NCBI GenBank assembly: GCA_965214605.1
Contig: OZ243961.1
Location: 3,392,001 to 3,456,000, forward strand
Direction: 5' to 3'
Length of the DNA: 64,000 bases
DNA from: an uncultured Candidatus Binatia bacterium
GTDB lineage: Bacteria > Desulfobacterota > Binatia > Bin18
Positions within the stretch are counted from its first letter, which is position 1, and every line of letters starts with the position of its first letter. Shown here one piece after another: positions 19,415 to 28,559 of the stretch. The notes under the pieces are model-generated. The model had not been told where the DNA came from and made no database searches. It saw only the letters and a program-made list of their open reading frames with translations. A program made the position numbers and the translations under genes.

Positions 19415-20845
19415 ATGGTAGATTGGAACGTACAAGAGCTCGAAAGCTGGGACGAAAGGATCCGGGAGAAGGTCGAGGCCTTCGGTCTGTCTTGCTATCC
19501 CCAGGAGTTTGAGGTGTGTGACCATTTTCAGATGCTGGGCTATATGGCCTATCACGGTATGCCGTCGCACTATCCGCACTGGTCGTTCGGCAAAAGCTAT
19601 GAGAAGCTGAAGACGATGTACGACTATGGGGTGTCCGGCCTCCCCTACGAGATGGTCATCAACTCCAGCCCGGCCATCGCGTATTTGATGCGTGATAACT
19701 CCCTGTGTCTACAGATCCTGACGATTGCCCACGTGTACGGCCACAACGACTTCTTCAAAAATAATTTCACCTTCCGGCAGACCGGGGCGGCCTCCACGAT
19801 TAATCGCTGCAAAATCCACGCCGAGCGGGTGCGGGCGTATATTGAGGATCCGTCGATCGGGGTGGAGAAGGTCGAGGGGGTTCTCGACACCGCCCACGCC
19901 CTGTCCATGCAGTGTCGGCGCAACCTGGCTATCAAAAAGTTATTGCCCGAAGAGGAACGCAAGCGGGCGTTCGAGGAGGCGCAGCCAAAAGAGGACCCGT
20001 TCCAAGCCATTCATAAACCGCAGGTCTATATCCAGCCCGACCTGCGCAAGGTCCCACTTTCTCCCGAAGAGGACCTCCTATTGTTCATCCGCGACTATAA
20101 TCCTTATTTGAGTGAATGGGAGAAAGACCTGTTGACCGTCGTTCATGAAGAGGCGCAGTACTTCATTCCCCAGATGGAAACCAAGATCATGAACGAGGGC
20201 TGGGCCAGCTTCTGGCATCGCGAGATCATGAACAGCTTGAAGCTGCCCCAACAGCTCTACCTCGAATTCTTGGTCCGTCACAATCAGGTCGTCCGGCCCC
20301 ATCCGCAGGGTATCAACCCCTATCACCTCGGCCTGAAGCTGTGGGACGATATCAAACGCCGCCATGACGATCCCACGCCGGAAGAGATCGAGAAGTACGG
20401 CCAGCCAAAAAAAACGGGTATGGAAGCAATTTTCGAGGCCCGGGAAGTGGACCGGGACGTCTCTTTCCTGCGTCGCTTTTTGACCGAGGAGCTGATGCGT
20501 GAGTTGGATATGTTCCAGTATGAGCCGCGTGGCGATGATTTGGTTATCTCACATGTGTCTGACAAAGAGGGTTGGCGGGCCGTCAAAGAGACCCTGCTGA
20601 GAAGCGTTGGTATGGGTGCCGTCCCGATTCTCAAGATTGAGGATGCCGACTACAGTCAGAACCGAGCGCTGTATTTGAAGCACTACCACGATGGCCGAGA
20701 CCTCCAGCTTGAGTATGCCGAGCGGTGTTTGTCGTATCTAAACCGGCTGTGGGGGCACGAAGTCCGACTCGAAACCGTGGTGAACGGCAAACGGGTCGTG
20801 CTGTCCTACAGCGAGAAAGGCTTTGCTACCCGACCGCTCAAATAG
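19415..20845 (+). CDS. spoVR: SpoVR/YcgB family protein
   Basis: Motifs YPHWSFGK, YEMVINS, AHVYGHNDFFKNN and TKIMNEGWASFWH. Confidence 0.95.
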   Translation: MVDWNVQELESWDERIREKVEAFGLSCYPQEFEVCDHFQMLGYMAYHGMPSHYPHWSFGKSYEKLKTMYDYGVSGLPYEMVINSSPAIAYLMRDNSLCLQILTIAHVYGHNDFFKNNFTFRQTGAASTINRCKIHAERVRAYIEDPSIGVEKVEGVLDTAHALSMQCRRNLAIKKLLPEEERKRAFEEAQPKEDPFQAIHKPQVYIQPDLRKVPLSPEEDLLLFIRDYNPYLSEWEKDLLTVVHEEAQYFIPQMETKIMNEGWASFWHREIMNSLKLPQQLYLEFLVRHNQVVRPHPQGINPYHLGLKLWDDIKRRHDDPTPEEIEKYGQPKKTGMEAIFEAREVDRDVSFLRRFLTEELMRELDMFQYEPRGDDLVISHVSDKEGWRAVKETLLRSVGMGAVPILKIEDADYSQNRALYLKHYHDGRDLQLEYAERCLSYLNRLWGHEVRLETVVNGKRVVLSYSEKGFATRPLK

Positions 20846-20904
20846 CCCAGCAGCCTCACGCGCAGGATGCCGCTCGCGCCTCTCAGTCCGGCCGTCCGCG
20901 TTTC

Positions 20905-21390
20905 TCACACCTCTCCCGCCTCCAGCAACACGACCGCCTCGGCCATCATGCCCTCCCCGCGTCCGATATAGCCCATTTTTTCACCCGTCGTGGCTTTAAC
21001 ATTGACGAGCGATGGGGCGGCTTCGAGGGCCTCGGCTAGCCGCTCGCGCATCGCCTGTCGATATGGTGCCAGCTTGGGCCGTTGGGCAAAGACCGTAATA
21101 TCGGCGTTGCTCAGACGAAAGCCGCGTTCTTTTACCAGCGCCATGACGATGCGCAGCAGCCCGAGGCTTGACGCCCCGGTATACTGGGGATCAGAGTCGG
21201 GAAAATGTTGGCCGATATCGCCCGCCCCAATCGCGCCTAACAGGGCGTTGCTCAGCGCGTGACACACCACGTCGGCGTCCGAGTGGCCGAACAGTCCCTT
21301 GTCCCACGGGATATGGATGCCGCCCAGCATGAGTTTGCGGCCCGGCTGGAGCCGGTGAATGTCTGCGCCGTGACCAACTCGAAATTGCAC
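20905..21390 (-). CDS. ispF: 2-C-methyl-D-erythritol 2,4-cyclodiphosphate synthase
   Basis: Motifs RVGHGADIH, GHSDADV, GDIGQHFPD and VKATTGE; GTG start. Confidence 0.96.
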   Translation of the reverse strand: MQFRVGHGADIHRLQPGRKLMLGGIHIPWDKGLFGHSDADVVCHALSNALLGAIGAGDIGQHFPDSDPQYTGASSLGLLRIVMALVKERGFRLSNADITVFAQRPKLAPYRQAMRERLAEALEAAPSLVNVKATTGEKMGYIGRGEGMMAEAVVLLEAGEV

Positions 21391-21400
21391 CGACCGGCTC

Positions 21401-23353
21401 CTATAAGCTGCGGACCATCAGCTCCGCGACGCGCTGGTTGAAAGCCACCGGGTCGGGGAGTTCTGAGCCCTCGGCCAACAGGCCATAGCCAAACAGCAGC
21501 TGGGCATATTCGTCTAGCGCGCCATCCTGACTATTGGTTTGATAACGCTCATAGAGCTTGGTCAGGATCGGATGCGTGGGGTTTAACTCCATGATCCGTT
21601 TTTGTTTGGGCATGTCGGTCTGCGTCTGGGATAAGAGCCGTTCGAGCTGCGGGCTATGGTCGTGTTCCGCGCCGACTAGGCACACCGGCGAGGTAGTCAG
21701 GCGGGCCGACAGGCGGACTTCCTTGACGTGCTCATCGAGCCTTTTCTGGAGCGTTTCGAGCAGACCGGCGTAGTCTTGTGCCTGCTCTTTGAGGGCTTTC
21801 TCAGCCTCTTGTTTTTCTGTTTCGCTCCCCAACTGAACCGTGCCTTTCCCGACCGACCGCAACTTCTTGCCCTCAAACTCGGTCACGGCCTGGACGACTA
21901 ATTCATCCACCGGTTCAACTAAGTACAGGACCTCATAGCCTTTGTCTTTGAACGCTTCGAGGTGGGGCGAGTTTTCAACGCTCCGCCGCGACTCCCCGGT
22001 CAGATAGTAGATATCGGTCTGCTCGGTTCGCATACGCTCAACATAATCCTTGAGACTAGTGAGCTTTTCCAGATCGTGCGAAGACGGGAAACGCAACAGC
22101 GGCACCAAGCGGTCCTTGTTTTCGAGGTCCGAACTCACGCCTTCTTTGAGGGTGCGGCCAAACTGCTCCCACACCTTTGCAAACACGGTGCTGTCGTTTT
22201 CGGACAGGTTGCTCAGGGTATCAAGAATCCGTTTGCTCAGCCACTGGCGGATCTGGCCGAGGTGCCGATCCTGCTGCAGCCGTTGGCGCGAGATATTGAG
22301 CGGCAGGTCGGCCGAGTCAACCACGCCCTTGAGGAAGCGCAAATAGCGCGGCAGCAAGTCCTCACAGCGCTCCATGATCATCACCCGTTGGGCGTACAGT
22401 TGGAGGCCAAACGGGGCAGTATGGTAGTATAGATCAAAGGGGGCCTGGGACGGGACAAACACCAAAGCTTGGAACTCAAAACGTCCCTCGGCTCGGAAGG
22501 TTAGCGTCTTCAGCGGCGGGTTCCAGTCATGGGCAATATGCGTGTAGAACTCGGCATACTCCTCCTCGCTCACCTCTGACTGGGGTCGCGTCCAGATCGG
22601 CTTCATGGAATTGAGGGTGGTATCCTCAATAACGACGCGTGTTTCGCCGCCCTCTTTGGGGTTACCGTCCGCATCACGTTCAGGCTCGTGGCGCTCCTGC
22701 TTCATTTTGATCGGGTAGGACACAAAGTCGGAGTGACGTTTGACAATGCTGCTGAGCGTCCACTGCGTGGTGAAGTCTTCCAGGCCGTTTTCAGGATCGG
22801 CGGGTTTCAAATGCAGGTGAATAGAAGTGCCGTGTTGCGAGCGTTGGGCCGGGCTGAGGGAATATTCCCCGTCGCCACTCGATTCCCATGCAGTGGCGCT
22901 TTCCTCACCGGCTCTGCGGGTGACGAGGCGGACTTTGTCGGCCACCATAAAGGCTGAATAAAAGCCTACCCCGAACCGTCCGATCATCTCGGCTATGGCC
23001 TGACTAGACTGTGCCTCGGCCTTGACCTGTTCTAGCAGGGTGCGGGTGCCGGAACTGGCAATTGTGCCGATGTTGGCGATAAGTTCCTCACGGCTCATAC
23101 CGATGCCGTTGTCGTGAAGAGCGAGGACGCGCGCATCGCTATCCACCTCAATCCGAATCTCGGGGGTATGGTTGTCAGCTACGAGCTCCGGCTGAGTCAG
23201 GGCCTCGAAGCGCAATCGGTCGATTGCGTCTGAGGCGTTTGAGATCAGTTCACGCAGGAAGATCTCCTTGTCGGTATACAGGGAATGGATCATGAGCTTG
23301 AGTAGTTGGGTGGTTTCTGCCTCGAAACGATGGGTTTCGGCCTGAGCTTCCAC
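21401..23353 (-). CDS. htpG: Chaperone HtpG (Hsp90)
   Basis: Motifs EIFLRELISNASDA, IGRFGVGFYS and DLPLNISR. Confidence 0.97.
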   Translation of the reverse strand: MEAQAETHRFEAETTQLLKLMIHSLYTDKEIFLRELISNASDAIDRLRFEALTQPELVADNHTPEIRIEVDSDARVLALHDNGIGMSREELIANIGTIASSGTRTLLEQVKAEAQSSQAIAEMIGRFGVGFYSAFMVADKVRLVTRRAGEESATAWESSGDGEYSLSPAQRSQHGTSIHLHLKPADPENGLEDFTTQWTLSSIVKRHSDFVSYPIKMKQERHEPERDADGNPKEGGETRVVIEDTTLNSMKPIWTRPQSEVSEEEYAEFYTHIAHDWNPPLKTLTFRAEGRFEFQALVFVPSQAPFDLYYHTAPFGLQLYAQRVMIMERCEDLLPRYLRFLKGVVDSADLPLNISRQRLQQDRHLGQIRQWLSKRILDTLSNLSENDSTVFAKVWEQFGRTLKEGVSSDLENKDRLVPLLRFPSSHDLEKLTSLKDYVERMRTEQTDIYYLTGESRRSVENSPHLEAFKDKGYEVLYLVEPVDELVVQAVTEFEGKKLRSVGKGTVQLGSETEKQEAEKALKEQAQDYAGLLETLQKRLDEHVKEVRLSARLTTSPVCLVGAEHDHSPQLERLLSQTQTDMPKQKRIMELNPTHPILTKLYERYQTNSQDGALDEYAQLLFGYGLLAEGSELPDPVAFNQRVAELMVRSL

Positions 23354-23530
23354 GGTATCTGCCTCCTGTGCTCTGCTAGATCAGTCAGAGCGGTGTTTTC
23401 CTTCTCTGAATAATCATTCCTCCGCTCACGTCAATCGCTGTCCCGGCCGATCTTTCTTTCCCAGGCCGCTTCCTGCTATGAGCAGAGCATCAAGACTGTC
23501 GCAATCTGGTAGGGAAAAAAGGGGAAGCCA

Positions 23531-24544
23531 ATGCGCAAAGCGGTCCAAAACCTCATAGGTATTGCCGGTGTAGTTATCGCGGTCAGCGGCTATGGACAGG
23601 ACAAAGAGCCGGGTGTGGAACAGACCAAGGAGTACGATATCACCAAACCACAGATGGGTTGTGATGAGGCGCACCAGATAACTCGTCGGGCGCTTGAGCG
23701 GCTGTACTACAAGGTGGCTGACACGCCTCCGGCGGCTGACACCGGTAGCATAATGAAAGCCCAACGCATGGGCTTCTGGGGAGAGACGGAGCCGGTATCG
23801 GTCGAGATATCGTGTACGGCCGACGGCGTCCACCTCGCTCCTCGGGCTGTTATTCCGCCGTGTGAGCAGGCCAACCGGGTCATGCGCAAAGCCGTTGAAA
23901 AGGTCGGGTATACGGTGACGACCTATCAGCCTGCGTCTCTGGGAGGAGTTGGCCGGATTCGGGGTGAGAAGCCTGAACGGGAGCCGTTGGACCTGACCAT
24001 CGTCTGCGAAATGGAGCGCAATCGCGTTATCATCGATACCAGCTCCGAGAGCCCGCTGATGGCTGCTGGCGCTGGCTTCTATGACGCCTTCTCGGACTTC
24101 CAGCGCGGCTTTTACGCCATGTTCTGGGCGGTGGTGGATGAGTTTGCGTATCGTCAGTCTCCCTACCATCAAACTCAGGTCGCCAACATGGATCAGGTGC
24201 AGATTGGCGTCGTGCCTTTGATCCCGGGAGATGTGAAACGCCAGTTTGGCGAGATGCTGACCGAACTGCTCCCTGTCCGGGTTACGGTTTTTAACTCAAC
24301 CACCAACGTCTACCTTTTAGAGACCAACAATATTGTTCTGCTGGCCGATTCGGGTCAGCGGGTAACGCCGGCCACCGCGTCTGAGCACGCCCTCCCCGGG
24401 CCGCCTTTAGCCAACCAGATGCTGACTCCTGGTAGCTATGTTGAGGGCTATCTCTTCTATCCAGCCGGGGTATACACGGGTGCGCGCGGCTTCCTGATTG
24501 AGCAGAGGCACCAAGAGCGCGAGGGATTTAGCGTGCTATTCTAA
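23531..24544 (+). CDS. Exported hypothetical protein with an internal two-fold repeat
   Basis: 337-aa ORF with RBS and signal peptide; repeated C-x-E/Q-A-x-x-I/V-x-R-x-A-L/V-E module. Confidence 0.75.
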   Translation: MRKAVQNLIGIAGVVIAVSGYGQDKEPGVEQTKEYDITKPQMGCDEAHQITRRALERLYYKVADTPPAADTGSIMKAQRMGFWGETEPVSVEISCTADGVHLAPRAVIPPCEQANRVMRKAVEKVGYTVTTYQPASLGGVGRIRGEKPEREPLDLTIVCEMERNRVIIDTSSESPLMAAGAGFYDAFSDFQRGFYAMFWAVVDEFAYRQSPYHQTQVANMDQVQIGVVPLIPGDVKRQFGEMLTELLPVRVTVFNSTTNVYLLETNNIVLLADSGQRVTPATASEHALPGPPLANQMLTPGSYVEGYLFYPAGVYTGARGFLIEQRHQEREGFSVLF

Positions 24545-24635
24545 GGGTCTGTATTGATCGTCCGCTTTTTTTCACATATGCTGGCAGACCGACCAAGCAC
24601 GCTCCGCCATTTTATCTTGGCGACGACATACGCCC

Positions 24636-26441
24636 ATGAACGAAGCAAAAAACGACGTCCCGGACAGTTCGCAGAGTCTCCCAAGCGAGTCTCACGAGTT
24701 AGAGCGCAAGGATTTTGCCAGCACGCAGGACTATGAGCTGCACTGCTTACGCCACTCCTGTGCTCACGTGCTGGCCCAGGCGGTGCTGGAACTTTTTCCG
24801 TCCAGCCGGCTGGGGGTCGGGCCAGCCGTTGAAAACGGTTTTTATTACGACATTGAAACGCCCCAGCCTTTATCCGACGAGGATCTGGCGCGGATTGAAG
24901 ATCGGATGCGTAAGAACATTGCGGCCGATCTTCCGTTTGTACATGACAGCTGGTCCCGGCAAGAGGCGGAGGACTATTTCAGCCAGCATGGCCAGACCTT
25001 TAAGCTGGAGATCATGCGCGATCTGGGGCTTGATACCTGTTCGATCTATAAACAGGGCGATTTTGTCGACCTGTGTCGCGGTCCGCACGTTCAACAGACC
25101 GGCCAGCTCCCTCATTTCAAGCTGCTCAAGATTTCCGGTGCCTACTGGCGAGGGGACGCCAATAGGGAGCAGATGCAGCGTATTTATGGTACGGTGTGGC
25201 AGACAGAAAAAGATCTGCAAGAGCATCTCGAACGGCTTGAGGAGGCCGAGAAGCGGGACCACCGGAAAATTGGCCAGGATATGGAGCTGTTTGCCCTGTT
25301 TCCCTTTAGTCCTGGCTCTCCGGTCCTGCTGCCGAACGGCTTAACCGTCTACAGGCTCCTACAGGACCGTATGGGCAAACTGCTCAAGGCAGAGGGCTAT
25401 CAAGAAGTGCGGGGTCCAGTGCTGTGCCACCAGAGCTTATGGGAGACCTCGGGGCACTGGGAGAAATTCAAAGACAATATGTTTTTGCTTGATCAAGAGG
25501 GGGGCGCGTACGGGCTGAAGCCGATGAACTGTCCGGTCCACATGAGCATCTTTAAGATGAAGACCAAGAGCTACCGCGACCTCCCGTTGCGTATCCATGA
25601 TGAGAGTACCTTACACCGCAACGAGCTATCCGGTAGCTTAGCCGGCCTGGCACGTTTGCGCATGTTTCATCAGGACGATACGCATATCTTTGTCGCTAAA
25701 GAACAAGTCCCGGCTGAGATTGAACGGCTGCTCAACATGGTTGACCGGGTCTATTCTGCCTTTGATCTGGAATATTCCTGCAAATTCTCAACCCGGCCTG
25801 AAAACTTCATGGGTGAGCAGAGCCTGTGGGATGCTGCGGAAACCACCCTCCAAGCCTTGTTAGAAGACAAGAAGATTCCCTACCAAGTCGACAAAGGCGG
25901 AGGGGCCTTCTACGGGCCAAAGATCGATATTGATGTCAAAGATACTCTAGGCCGGGCGTGGCAACTGGCCACGACCCAAGTCGATTTTCAGATGCCGCAA
26001 CGCTTTGATCTGAAATACGCTGACGCCGACGGCTCTCTGCAAACGCCGGTCGTGATCCACTCCGCCATCTATGGCGCGATTGAGCGGTTCATGGCCCTGC
26101 TGATCGAAAATTGCGCTGGCCGCTTCCCGGTCTGGTTGGCTCCCGAACAGGCCAGAGTCTTGCCGGTCAGCGACCGCTTCCAAGACTACGGCGACGGGGT
26201 GTGTCAGCGCCTGGTGGCACGTGGTTTGCGGGCGACTCTAGACACGAGCTCTGAGACGCTGTCAGCCAAGATTCATAAAGCGCACCCCTATCGAATTCCC
26301 TATCTGCTGATTGTCGGTGGCAAAGAAGCCGACAACAGCACCGTGTCAGTACGCAAAAGGATGGCGCGCAAGAACGAGGTGGTGGGCGTTGAGCAGTTTA
26401 TCGATCGACTCCAAGAAGAAGACGCCTGTGGCTTTGCGTAG
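24636..26441 (+). CDS. thrS: Threonine--tRNA ligase (TGS-less, divergent)
   Basis: Editing domain RHSCAH and DLCRGPH; KPMNCP, HRNE, AFYGPKID and IERF. Confidence 0.95.
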   Translation: MNEAKNDVPDSSQSLPSESHELERKDFASTQDYELHCLRHSCAHVLAQAVLELFPSSRLGVGPAVENGFYYDIETPQPLSDEDLARIEDRMRKNIAADLPFVHDSWSRQEAEDYFSQHGQTFKLEIMRDLGLDTCSIYKQGDFVDLCRGPHVQQTGQLPHFKLLKISGAYWRGDANREQMQRIYGTVWQTEKDLQEHLERLEEAEKRDHRKIGQDMELFALFPFSPGSPVLLPNGLTVYRLLQDRMGKLLKAEGYQEVRGPVLCHQSLWETSGHWEKFKDNMFLLDQEGGAYGLKPMNCPVHMSIFKMKTKSYRDLPLRIHDESTLHRNELSGSLAGLARLRMFHQDDTHIFVAKEQVPAEIERLLNMVDRVYSAFDLEYSCKFSTRPENFMGEQSLWDAAETTLQALLEDKKIPYQVDKGGGAFYGPKIDIDVKDTLGRAWQLATTQVDFQMPQRFDLKYADADGSLQTPVVIHSAIYGAIERFMALLIENCAGRFPVWLAPEQARVLPVSDRFQDYGDGVCQRLVARGLRATLDTSSETLSAKIHKAHPYRIPYLLIVGGKEADNSTVSVRKRMARKNEVVGVEQFIDRLQEEDACGFA

Positions 26442-26443
26442 GC

Positions 26444-27367
26444 GTGTCCGCAGTGAAGCCGCTACGCAAACCTCCTCGGCTGCGACCCGGTGATTGTATC
26501 GGTGTCATTTCTCCGGCCGCTGGGGTGGACGCGGAACAGCTCCGGCGGGGCTGTCAAGCCTTGGAAGAGCTAGGGTTTGTCGTCCGGCGCGGCAAGCATG
26601 TCCTGGACCGCCACCGCTTCTTAGCCGGGACGGATACGCAGCGTGCCCAAGAGTTGGTGGAGATGTTTGGGGACCCCACGGTTGGGGCAATCTTTTGTTC
26701 GCGGGCTGGCTATGGCAGCGGGCGATTGTTGCCGTGGCTTGATTTTCGGCGTTTGGCCCCAAAGATTTTTCTCGGCTATAGCGATGTGACGCTGTTGCTG
26801 AACGCCTTTATCCAACGGGCGGGTTTTGTCTGTTTTCACGGTCCCTTGGTAGCACACGAGTTTGCCAACGGTTTATCGTCCCGCTCTCAATCCCATCTGA
26901 TACGCCTACTCAGCCAGGGGACCGGTCAAGAGTGTCTGCTGTTTCCCACGGTTGTCCGGCCAGGCGTGGCCGAAGGGCGGTTGCTGGGGGGCTGTCTATC
27001 CACTCTGACGGCGACACTCGGCACGCCGTTTGCGGTCGATACAAGGGCGTGTGTGTTGTTTCTTGAGGACGTTGGCGAGCGGCCGTATCGGGTGGACCGG
27101 ATGTTAACCCAGCTTAAACAGGCGGGTCGGCTTGAACGGCTAGCGGGGGTGATCTTCGGCCAGATGAGCCGCTGCTGGGAAGAGGAAGGCGAGTCTGGTC
27201 CACTGCTGGCCGTTATTGAGGATATTTTTGCCGACTACGCCTATCCGGTCGGGTTTGGACTGCCGGCCGGACACGGGGGAGAGAATTTTGTCCTCCCGCT
27301 CGGAACGTGGGTTTGCCTTGATACAGAGCGGCAGGAGTTGCGGTTTTTGGAGCGGGCGGTGGTCTGA
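26444..27367 (+). CDS. ldcA: LD-carboxypeptidase (S66)
   Basis: GYSDVT nucleophile, LFLEDVGE, PAGH. Confidence 0.92.
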   Translation: MSAVKPLRKPPRLRPGDCIGVISPAAGVDAEQLRRGCQALEELGFVVRRGKHVLDRHRFLAGTDTQRAQELVEMFGDPTVGAIFCSRAGYGSGRLLPWLDFRRLAPKIFLGYSDVTLLLNAFIQRAGFVCFHGPLVAHEFANGLSSRSQSHLIRLLSQGTGQECLLFPTVVRPGVAEGRLLGGCLSTLTATLGTPFAVDTRACVLFLEDVGERPYRVDRMLTQLKQAGRLERLAGVIFGQMSRCWEEEGESGPLLAVIEDIFADYAYPVGFGLPAGHGGENFVLPLGTWVCLDTERQELRFLERAVV

Positions 27368-27417
27368 GGGGGGGACACCCTTCGTGCCGGAGCGGCTCCA
27401 ATCTCATAGGGTGTGGG

Positions 27418-28539
27418 GTGGATTTTTCTGCGGTTGATAGACTGCTAGAAGGCGCGCTCCGGCAGGCCGTTTTCCCCGGCGCTGCACTATTGGTGAAACA
27501 GGCGGGTGCGGTCGTCTATCGTCGGGCGTGTGGGTTTCGGTGTCTTGAGCCACGCCCCGTTCCTCTGACCGCCGAGACCCGGTTTGATCTTGCGTCGCTT
27601 ACCAAATCGTTGGCGACAAGCCTGGCCGTCTTCCTCTTAATCATCCAGCGGAAGCTCCGTTTTGACGTCCCGGTCAGCAGCTTCCTGCCCGATTTTCGGG
27701 GTGGAGAAAAAGACCGGGTAACAATCCGTCAGCTGCTGAGCCACACGTCTGGTCTGCCGGCCTGGCGCCCCTACTTTGCGGCTCTCAGCGGCCCGGAACA
27801 CCGCGCCGACATAGCTACCCGTCTGGCGCGCGAGTGGGTATACGGCCAAATCCAACGCGAACCGCTCGACGCCGCACCTGGCGAGCGGGTGGTCTATAGC
27901 GACCTCGGCTTTATGTTGCTCGGCGCTCTTGTTGAACGGCTGAGTGGACGAACTCTCGATGCCTACTGTCAGCGGTATATTTTCGCTCCTCTGGGGCTAC
28001 ACTCCACGACCTTCGCGAATCTGGACAACTCCGACCAGGCTGCTCTTTTTTTGGCACACGACTGTGCCGCAACCGAATGGTGTCCGTGGCGGGGGCGGGT
28101 TGTATGCGGGCAGGTGCACGACGAGAATGCCTACGCCATGGGCGGGGTGGCGGGCCATGCCGGAGTGTTTTCAACGCTGGATGATGTAGATCGTTTGGTC
28201 AGCTGCTTGGTAGACAGTTATCATGGCCGGCGTGCTTTTCTGCCCGCCGGACTGCTCCACGAGTGCTGGACGCGTGACGGACGGGTCCCTGGCTCGAGCT
28301 GGGCGCTCGGTTGGGACACTCCGTCGGCCCAGGGCTCAAGTGCCGGCGAGCTGTTCTCTGCTCACTCGGTCGGCCACCTCGGGTTTACCGGAACCTCGGT
28401 CTGGATAGATCTGGAACGTGAGGTCCATGTTATCCTCCTTACCAACCGGGTTCATCCCAGCCGGGACAATACTGCTATCCGATCTTTCCGCCCGCGCTTG
28501 CACGATGCCGTGATGCGAGCCGTGTTGGGAAAAAAATGA
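27418..28539 (+). CDS. Serine hydrolase, beta-lactamase/AmiE-like family
   Basis: SxxK (FDLASLTK), LLSHTSG, YSDLG, VHDENA, GHAG and GHLGFTG. Confidence 0.9.
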   Translation: MDFSAVDRLLEGALRQAVFPGAALLVKQAGAVVYRRACGFRCLEPRPVPLTAETRFDLASLTKSLATSLAVFLLIIQRKLRFDVPVSSFLPDFRGGEKDRVTIRQLLSHTSGLPAWRPYFAALSGPEHRADIATRLAREWVYGQIQREPLDAAPGERVVYSDLGFMLLGALVERLSGRTLDAYCQRYIFAPLGLHSTTFANLDNSDQAALFLAHDCAATEWCPWRGRVVCGQVHDENAYAMGGVAGHAGVFSTLDDVDRLVSCLVDSYHGRRAFLPAGLLHECWTRDGRVPGSSWALGWDTPSAQGSSAGELFSAHSVGHLGFTGTSVWIDLEREVHVILLTNRVHPSRDNTAIRSFRPRLHDAVMRAVLGKK

Positions 28540-28559
28540 TGAAGGCCGAATGCTGAACG

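Noticed and set aside
16006-20904. prkA operon as an island integrated at tRNA-Glu
   Set aside because: No integrase and no duplicated tRNA 3' end after spoVR.
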